From the NCBI GenBank assembly GCA_019058445.1, contig JAHPZA010000003.1, forward strand, positions 516,919-580,918: a DNA stretch of 64,000 nt, given 5' to 3'. This stretch comes from Promethearchaeota archaeon (lineage in GTDB: Archaea; Asgardarchaeota; Lokiarchaeia; Sigyniarchaeales; SOKP01). The position numbers and the translations under genes were made by a program. The notes below the pieces were generated by a model, which saw nothing but the letters and a program-made list of their open reading frames with translations, searched no databases and was not told the origin of the DNA. Shown here piece after piece: positions 57,292 through 64,000 of this stretch. Each line of letters starts with the position of its first letter. Within the stretch, counting starts at the first letter, position 1.

Positions 57292-58632
57292 TTAAATTTT
57301 AAATTCCTCAGCTTCTATTTCTCCTTTTGCAAAAACTTCCGGATAGGCTTTTATATCGATAAATACAAGCATTAAAAGGATGACAATAGTAAATACACAT
57401 GTTAATCCAATCAGGAAATAAGCATCGAAATCGAATCCCATAGAAGAAACCATCCAAATTTCTAAATACCAATATGCTAATAAAGGGGCAATAATTTGAG
57501 CAATCGACATCATATTGACGGCATACCCTGATACTAACCCTTGCTTATCCTCATCTACTGCTTTAGAAAGATTTGTCATAAGTATAGAACGTGTGAAAAT
57601 GTGCGAAATCATGTAAGGAACAATGAAAATATAGAGATACCACAACTCATAGAGGAAAGGATAAATCATAAATACTGCCATTGCCAAAAGTAGGGCAAAT
57701 AGGAGCGTTATTTTCTCGCCGAGTTTTTTTACTGTTGGTCTTATTAGAAATCCTCCTGTAATAATCATTATGATCCCGGCAATTGATGCAAATAATCCAA
57801 TCACAGCGACGTTTGCGTTATACCGCAGCGTCATTACTAATGGAAAGCTTGAATTTATAATAATAAACGCAAAGATCAGCAGAAACAATTCTGCTAAACG
57901 GAGAACAACGACTTTTGTGAGCACAGGAGATTTCTTACCGCCATTTTGTTCTTTCTTTAACATCCTCCGCTCTCTCAAGTCCGAAACCCTCTGCTTGGGC
58001 ATACTCTCAACCAGAAATTTAGAGGTAAGTATTATTGTAAGTATTGAAAGTAAGCATGCAACAAATACAGGATACCGCCAATTAAGTATTCCAAGTAAAC
58101 CCCCTATCGCAGGTCCGAATATCATGCCGAAAGCCATTGCAGCTGTAATTTTACCAACTTCAGTGGACCGAGTTTCCTCATCAGTAATGTCCATTATATA
58201 CGCTCTAATAACAGGGATGTTTCCTCCAAAAATACCGTCTAATATTCTTGAATAAAATACAATTTCAATTGAATCAGATAACCCTAATACTAAAAAGGCG
58301 GCAAGAGTTCCTGCTTGAGATATAATTAGTATAGGTTTCCTTCCGTATCGATCACTTAACTTTCCCCAAATGGGGGCAAAAATAAATGCAAATAAAGCAT
58401 TGGAAGCAATTAGGAGACCGATCGTGAAGTTTGTCGCTCCAAAGGTCTTTAGTGCAATTGTTGGGAGTAGTGGTAATATCATAGAATAGCCTAATACATC
58501 AATAAATATTGCAAGCATTATAGTGAGTTTTGCTATTCTTTTGTCAATATTGTACATTTTCAGTTTTTCTTCATGATTCATTTTTTTAGCTGGTTCGTTT
58601 TCCTTTAAATTATCCTTGGGGTGATTTTCCAT
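57292..58632 (-). CDS. MFS transporter, TetA/DHA1-like
   Basis: 'WGKLSDRYGRKP', 'RILDG..GG' and 'GPAIGG'. Start moved to ATG 58632 so that it does not overlap the GH32 gene. Confidence 0.88.
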   Translation of the reverse strand: MENHPKDNLKENEPAKKMNHEEKLKMYNIDKRIAKLTIMLAIFIDVLGYSMILPLLPTIALKTFGATNFTIGLLIASNALFAFIFAPIWGKLSDRYGRKPILIISQAGTLAAFLVLGLSDSIEIVFYSRILDGIFGGNIPVIRAYIMDITDEETRSTEVGKITAAMAFGMIFGPAIGGLLGILNWRYPVFVACLLSILTIILTSKFLVESMPKQRVSDLRERRMLKKEQNGGKKSPVLTKVVVLRLAELFLLIFAFIIINSSFPLVMTLRYNANVAVIGLFASIAGIIMIITGGFLIRPTVKKLGEKITLLFALLLAMAVFMIYPFLYELWYLYIFIVPYMISHIFTRSILMTNLSKAVDEDKQGLVSGYAVNMMSIAQIIAPLLAYWYLEIWMVSSMGFDFDAYFLIGLTCVFTIVILLMLVFIDIKAYPEVFAKGEIEAEEFKI

Positions 58633-58770
58633 TTTCTTAATCCCAATATTATTTTTGTACCTAACGGTTTTGCAGTAAAGGTTAGCAAATTTAAAATATT
58701 TTATCATATTTTTTATAAAAAAACCCCATATATGATAATTTTATTAAAAATTAAATCCATTTTCTCTAAG

Positions 58771-60177
58771 ATGAATAATCTCCAAAATGTTATGGAAAGT
58801 ATTGAAAAAGCGAGAAAAATTACAAAAAAATGTCCATTTCGTCCTAAATTCCACTTTTTGGCGCCTGCAAATTGGATGAATGATCCTAATGGCCCTATTT
58901 TTTATAAAGGGGAATATCACCTTTTCTATCAACATAATCCATATAATGATGATTGGGGATACGTACACTGGGGCCATGCGAAAAGTAAAGACTTGGTCCA
59001 CTGGGAACATCTTCCTATAGCGTTAGTTCCTTCAAATGAATTAGGTGAAGAACATTGTTATTCTGGGTGCTGTGTCGATAATAATGGCGTTCCTACTATT
59101 ATTTATACCAGTATTGGTCCTAAAAAATTACCATCAACAGGTGCAGAGCAATGGCTTGCTACGAGTATAGATGATATGATTACTTGGCAAAAAACTCCTT
59201 ATAATCCAATTATGACACTTGATTTACATGGAGAGTTAGATGTACGGGAGTGGAGAGATCCTTATGTTTGGAAGGAAGGGGATTATTGGTATATGACGTT
59301 AGGAGGTCATATTCATAACTCTCAAGCGGGAATTGCATTATTATATCGATCTTGTGATCTTTTGAAATGGGAATACTTAAATCCTCTATGTCAAGGGGAA
59401 AAAAAAAGTAAAATGACAGGGTTGAACTGGGAATGTCCTAACTTTTTTCCTCTTGGAGATTATCAAGTATTAATTATATCTCCCCATAGAAAAGTAGTTT
59501 ATAGTGTAGGAAATTATAAGAATCATACCTTTTCAGCTGATTATTGGAGGTATTTAGATCATGGTCGAGCTTTTTATGCTCCAAACACGATGTTTGATAG
59601 ACAAGGGAGGGTAATTATGTGGGCTTGGATACAAGGTGGGGGAACAGGTGGATGGAATGAATGTTTATCTTTACCCCGGATTTTAACTTTAGATAATAAG
59701 AGCAAATTACAAATCCACCCTGCTCCCGAACTTCAGATTCTACGAGAATCTCATATTCATATGGAAAATATAAAGCTATCACCCCAATCAAACTGTATTC
59801 TAGAAAATGTGAAAGGAAAATGTTTGGAAATTATTGCAGAGTTCGAAGTAAACACTCCAACGTCCTTCGGGTTTAAGGTTTTTCAATCAAACAATCAGAG
59901 AGAATTTGAAACCATTGGATATGATAATGAGAAAAATAGGCTTTGGGCAGGCAAAGAAAAGGGTAAAATTGATTATCCCCCAAACAAACCACATGTACTT
60001 TTTCATATATTTATAGATAAATCCGTAATAGAAGTATTTCTTAATTATAGTGAATGTTTAACGAGTCGAATATATCCAAAATCAGATGATTCAGAGGGAA
60101 TTGATCTTTTCGCTTCAAATGATGATATAAAACTGACACGTTTAGATATATGGAAATTAAAATCTATTTGGAAATAA
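58771..60177 (+). CDS. GH32 beta-fructofuranosidase/sucrose-6-phosphate hydrolase family
   Basis: WMNDPNG, 'HWGHA.S.DL.HW', RDP and WECP motifs. Start moved to ATG 58771. Confidence 0.92.
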   Translation: MNNLQNVMESIEKARKITKKCPFRPKFHFLAPANWMNDPNGPIFYKGEYHLFYQHNPYNDDWGYVHWGHAKSKDLVHWEHLPIALVPSNELGEEHCYSGCCVDNNGVPTIIYTSIGPKKLPSTGAEQWLATSIDDMITWQKTPYNPIMTLDLHGELDVREWRDPYVWKEGDYWYMTLGGHIHNSQAGIALLYRSCDLLKWEYLNPLCQGEKKSKMTGLNWECPNFFPLGDYQVLIISPHRKVVYSVGNYKNHTFSADYWRYLDHGRAFYAPNTMFDRQGRVIMWAWIQGGGTGGWNECLSLPRILTLDNKSKLQIHPAPELQILRESHIHMENIKLSPQSNCILENVKGKCLEIIAEFEVNTPTSFGFKVFQSNNQREFETIGYDNEKNRLWAGKEKGKIDYPPNKPHVLFHIFIDKSVIEVFLNYSECLTSRIYPKSDDSEGIDLFASNDDIKLTRLDIWKLKSIWK

Positions 60178-60285
60178 AAATTTTGAATTTATTTGTTAAT
60201 CTAGAAAAAAGATTTTTAATTCCTCAAGATAAATTATTATATCGTTCTATAATTTAAATTAAAATTGATAATTTGGTGAAAAAAT

Positions 60286-61968
60286 ATGGAATTACCAGAA
60301 TATATAAAAAATCCTATTTGGAAAGATCATATGCCACCTGGGCTCACTTTAGAAATAGATCTGCCTGAAGACATGTCTTTAGGGGATGTATTTAAAATGG
60401 GAGCTGATGATTACGGAGAAAAGGTTAACATTGTATTTGCGGGGAAAGAGTATACCTTCCAGGAGGTATATGACCTCACTATAAGGTTTGCAAATGGTTT
60501 GCTAAACTTAGGAGTTAAAAAAGATGATGTAGTGGCAATTTGGTTGCCTAATTGTCCCCATTTCGCTATTAGTTATTTTGCTACTTTAAGTATTGGAGCG
60601 ACTGTTACTGCCATTAGCCCATTATATGTCGGTCGAGAAATGGCCTATCAGGTTAAGGATTCAGGAGCGGAATACGTAATTGTAATTGATAGATTTATAA
60701 AGCAGTATAAGAAGGCAGAAAAAGAACTGCAGCTAAAGAAGACAGTTATTGTAAATATAGAAGGAGGAGTACCGGAAGAGCCAGAAACGGATAAATTAAT
60801 CCATTTTAATACCATAATGAATGAGAATCCAGACCCTAAACCGCTTCCTGAAATTAAGGTCAATCCCAAAGAAGATGTAGCTGTTATTCAATATACAGGT
60901 GGAACAACAGGACTTCCGAAGGGGGCGGAGTTATCCCATTATAATATTGTATCAAATATTCTCCAAATTAAGCAGGTTTCTGTGTATATGAAAGAAAATT
61001 ATTTAAAGGAAGACATAGTTTCTATATCCGTACTTCCTTGGTATCATATTTACGGACAAACTTGCGAAGTAGCACTTGCTCCATTTATCGGATCGAAAGG
61101 ATTTATCCTTCCGACTTTTGATATGGGAAGAATCTTTGAAATTATGAAGAATCAAAAACCAAATACAATGCTTGGAGTACCTACTATGTTCCTCAATCTT
61201 TTAAATTCACCGCTAGCTAAGGATGCTGATTTTTCTTGTTTGAAGTATGTCAATGTAGGAGCTAGTGCTATGCCAATAGAGGCAGCTAAAGAATGGGAGA
61301 AAAGATCAGGATTTGCTATGGGCGAAGGTTATGGTCTTAGTGAAACTAGTCCCGGAGTAACGAATTCTCCACCATGGGCAAAGAAAAAAGATGGGAGCTG
61401 CGGCACACCAATGGCAAGTACCTTTGTTGGGATAATAAATGAAGACTTAGAATTTTTACCAATAGGTGAAGCAGGTGAACTTGTTGTATCCGGACCACAG
61501 GTTATGTTAGGTTATCATAACAGACCAGAAGAAAATAAACTGGTATTTTTTGAAGCTGGAGGGTATAGATGGTTAAGAACTGGAGATTTCGCTAGACTTG
61601 ATGACGAAGGATATATCTTTATCTTAGATAGAGTCAAGGATTTAATCAAATATAAAGGACATAGTGTATATCCTAGAGAAATTGAGGAAGTTCTTTACGA
61701 ACACCCCGCTGTTCAAGAATGTAGCGTTATTGGAGTGAAGGATCCTGTTAAAGGGGAGGATATTAAAGCATATATTATTCTTCGAAAAGAATACCAAAAG
61801 AAAATTACAGAACAGGAAATTATTGACTGGTCTAAAGAGAATCTTGCAGCTTATAAATATCCTAGGATGGTAGAATTTGTTCGTAGTTTGCCAAAAAGCT
61901 CGGTAGGTAAGGTTTTAAGAAAAAATCTTAGAGAAAAAGAAGCAAAAAAGAAAAAAAAGAGTAAATAG
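60286..61968 (+). CDS. Long-chain fatty acid-CoA ligase
   Basis: 'YTGGTTGLPKG', 'EGYGLSE', 'RTGD', 'DRVKD' and 'LPKS.VGK'. Confidence 0.92.
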   Translation: MELPEYIKNPIWKDHMPPGLTLEIDLPEDMSLGDVFKMGADDYGEKVNIVFAGKEYTFQEVYDLTIRFANGLLNLGVKKDDVVAIWLPNCPHFAISYFATLSIGATVTAISPLYVGREMAYQVKDSGAEYVIVIDRFIKQYKKAEKELQLKKTVIVNIEGGVPEEPETDKLIHFNTIMNENPDPKPLPEIKVNPKEDVAVIQYTGGTTGLPKGAELSHYNIVSNILQIKQVSVYMKENYLKEDIVSISVLPWYHIYGQTCEVALAPFIGSKGFILPTFDMGRIFEIMKNQKPNTMLGVPTMFLNLLNSPLAKDADFSCLKYVNVGASAMPIEAAKEWEKRSGFAMGEGYGLSETSPGVTNSPPWAKKKDGSCGTPMASTFVGIINEDLEFLPIGEAGELVVSGPQVMLGYHNRPEENKLVFFEAGGYRWLRTGDFARLDDEGYIFILDRVKDLIKYKGHSVYPREIEEVLYEHPAVQECSVIGVKDPVKGEDIKAYIILRKEYQKKITEQEIIDWSKENLAAYKYPRMVEFVRSLPKSSVGKVLRKNLREKEAKKKKKSK

Positions 61969-61999
61969 ATTTTATAATTTTTTTTTAAGTCATTTTTAT

Positions 62000-62374
62000 T
62001 TAAACATCGAGTCCCATTCTTGTTGCAAGTTTGACTATTATAAAGATTACGAAAGCCACAATTACAAAAGTTATCACAACCCCTATAAAATGCCCGACTC
62101 GAAACACACTAATTGTAATTTCTTCCCAAGCAACACCAGGAACAAATAATTCCACAATAGGCATTATCATATCATCTACCAGTGCCTGTATTACAGCACC
62201 AGTATAGATTGCCATAATAAATGCTACGGCAAGCGCTAACACACGATACTTTTTGATAAAAATTTTAAATTCGTCAATGAAATTTTTAGGGACAGGTTCG
62301 GGCGGTGGAGTAAGTAGCTTTCTAATTTGTTTTAATTCCTCTAACATATCATCTTCTTTGGTCATATCTCCCAC
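62000..62374 (-). CDS. mscL: Large-conductance mechanosensitive channel MscL family
   Basis: 'EFK.F...RVLALAVAFIM......IQALVDDMIMP' and 'GHFI..VITFVIVAF'. Confidence 0.85.
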   Translation of the reverse strand: MGDMTKEDDMLEELKQIRKLLTPPPEPVPKNFIDEFKIFIKKYRVLALAVAFIMAIYTGAVIQALVDDMIMPIVELFVPGVAWEEITISVFRVGHFIGVVITFVIVAFVIFIIVKLATRMGLDV

Positions 62375-62502
62375 TATTTTTTGATAAAATTAGGATAGTT
62401 TAGATAACATTAGAAATTTCTACGTTAAATCTGAGATTTTATCGTCTAAAAACTTATTTAAATCTTATTCTTAGAAATTATAAAAAAAAGTAAAAAATAG
62501 AG

Positions 62503-63918
62503 TTAAACCCTCATTTTCTTTTCTTCATGAAGTTTCTGAAGTTTTTCCTTTACGGATTGTAAATACTCGCCATCTAAAGGATATTTATAAATTGCTAAAA
62601 TGGCAATAACCAATGCTATAATCGGAAAGATACACATTAACATTCGAAGCCCAAAGATAACATCTGGGGTTACGTTCTCAGGTTCGTACACAGTCCATCC
62701 TACATTAGTAAACACGAGATTTATGGCTAAAAACACAAAAATTGTAGCTGTTCTTTGAAAGAATATCAATACTCCATAATAAGATGCTTCCCTTCTGGTT
62801 CCAGTATTTACCTCATCCTCATCAATAATATCAGCCACAATTAAATCATAAATATATAGTGACCCAGCTAATCCAATTCCTATAACAAAGAATACAATTA
62901 ATCCGGACACTAAATCTCGAATAAACAATAATGGAATAAGAGTTAAAATCCAAATCGATTTCGAGATAAGCCACGTTTTTCGAAGTCCGATCTTTTGTAC
63001 TACAGGTTTCCATAGAATATTCATAAAGAGTGCTGCAGAAATAAATGTTAATCCTAGCAACAATGCTAAGAATATTGATTCTCCTTCACCTATACCAAGG
63101 ACAAACTTACCATATAGAGGGACAATAGTAGGGAGCATCCCATATACAAACCAACTCCCGATTTCTATCGGCAAAAACCACCTGAAGCTTTTGTTTTTAA
63201 GGCATAGTTTAATTGATTTCCCGAAGCTTGGAGCACTTTTATACTCATCTTGAAATTCGGCTTTTTCTTTTGGTGTGAATTTTAAGAAAATAATACCACC
63301 TAAAACTATAATAATCGCAACGGCAATTCCATAAAGTTGGTAGTTTATTAAATATTTTCTATTAGTTAAATCTGGAATAAATAAAGTTGGCAAAACAAAA
63401 GCAAAAATCAATCCGATAATAGCAAATGTTTGTCTAAAGTTATTTGCCCTCGTTCTTTCTTCAGTAGTAATAAATACTTCCGGAAGCAAGGATATGTAGT
63501 TGATATCAAACATAGAAAAAAACAATTCAAAGAGAATAATGATTATCATAAAGTATAAAAAATTAGTCATCTGATCTTCTGTGCCAAAAGTAAGTGGTGG
63601 AGTAAATAATAAAACCATAATGATTGCAATAGGAATTAAAGAAAACATAAGCCAAGGAAGACGACGCCCCCATCTGGTATGAGTCCTATCTGACAACGTA
63701 CCTAAAAATGGGTCATTTGCACTATTCCAAATTGACCATATAATAAATCCCAAAGTAATTAATACGACATTAAGTCCCACTACCGTAAAATAAAATGTAA
63801 ATATGAGAAATGTAAATCCTTGGTACGATATTATAACCGGTAATTGACCAAAACTATAGGCGGTTGCTTTTTTATTTGAAAAACCGAGATCTTCAATTTT
63901 TTCTTCTCTCTTACTCAT
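62503..63918 (-). CDS. GPH-family MFS transporter
   Basis: 'NDPFLGTLSDRTHTRWGRR' and 'DIIDEDEVNTGTRREA'. Similar in type to 3031..4422. Confidence 0.9.
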   Translation of the reverse strand: MSKREEKIEDLGFSNKKATAYSFGQLPVIISYQGFTFLIFTFYFTVVGLNVVLITLGFIIWSIWNSANDPFLGTLSDRTHTRWGRRLPWLMFSLIPIAIIMVLLFTPPLTFGTEDQMTNFLYFMIIIILFELFFSMFDINYISLLPEVFITTEERTRANNFRQTFAIIGLIFAFVLPTLFIPDLTNRKYLINYQLYGIAVAIIIVLGGIIFLKFTPKEKAEFQDEYKSAPSFGKSIKLCLKNKSFRWFLPIEIGSWFVYGMLPTIVPLYGKFVLGIGEGESIFLALLLGLTFISAALFMNILWKPVVQKIGLRKTWLISKSIWILTLIPLLFIRDLVSGLIVFFVIGIGLAGSLYIYDLIVADIIDEDEVNTGTRREASYYGVLIFFQRTATIFVFLAINLVFTNVGWTVYEPENVTPDVIFGLRMLMCIFPIIALVIAILAIYKYPLDGEYLQSVKEKLQKLHEEKKMRV

Positions 63919-64000
63919 AAAATTACCTTTATGAATTTAATTTTTGGATTATAAATTGTGCTTAACATATACTTTATTGCCAAGTTATATAAATTTTTAA

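Noticed and set aside
58621-58770. Apparent head-to-head overlap of the MFS and GH32 ORFs
   Set aside because: An artefact of longest-ORF calling. ATG 58632 (minus) and ATG 58771 (plus) leave a normal divergent intergenic region.
1-64000. CRISPR arrays, tRNA/rRNA genes, transposases, integrases or defence systems
   Set aside because: No regularly spaced repeats, GC-rich structured RNA segments or matching ORFs were seen. A covariance-model search would be needed to exclude small RNAs.

Overview
AT-rich, gene-dense prokaryotic window, most likely from an Asgard archaeon (Lokiarchaeia/Promethearchaeia-like). That assignment is inferred from a Rab-like GTPase, arrestin-like and uDENN/longin-like proteins, lineage-typical hypothetical families, archaeal TATA/GGTGA signals and oligo-T gene ends. 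I saw no rRNA, tRNA, CRISPR array or mobile element. Most of the window is a catabolic region for organic detritus. The main observation is a three-gene cluster at 15425-19499 encoding a 6-sulfofructose-type transaldolase, an SqvD/SftI-like isomerase and a YihQ-like GH31 glycosidase. This is the core of the sulfoglycolytic transaldolase (sulfo-TAL) pathway characterised in Firmicutes, here with changed sulfonate-binding residues. On one side lie five intact paralogous GPH sugar transporters plus a relic, followed by an amidohydrolase/NagB-like pair. On the other side lie three non-pyrrolysine MttB methyltransferases, a corrinoid protein and a homocysteine methyltransferase. Further along are a GH2 beta-mannosidase with a GH130 relic missing from the ORF track, a soluble DmsAB-like molybdoenzyme, an HMGS-like/DUF35 fusion lacking the catalytic Cys (probable ATA start) paired with a thiolase, a GH32, acyl-CoA enzymes and a group of eukaryote-like proteins. 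All family calls come from motif recognition by eye, not from database searches.
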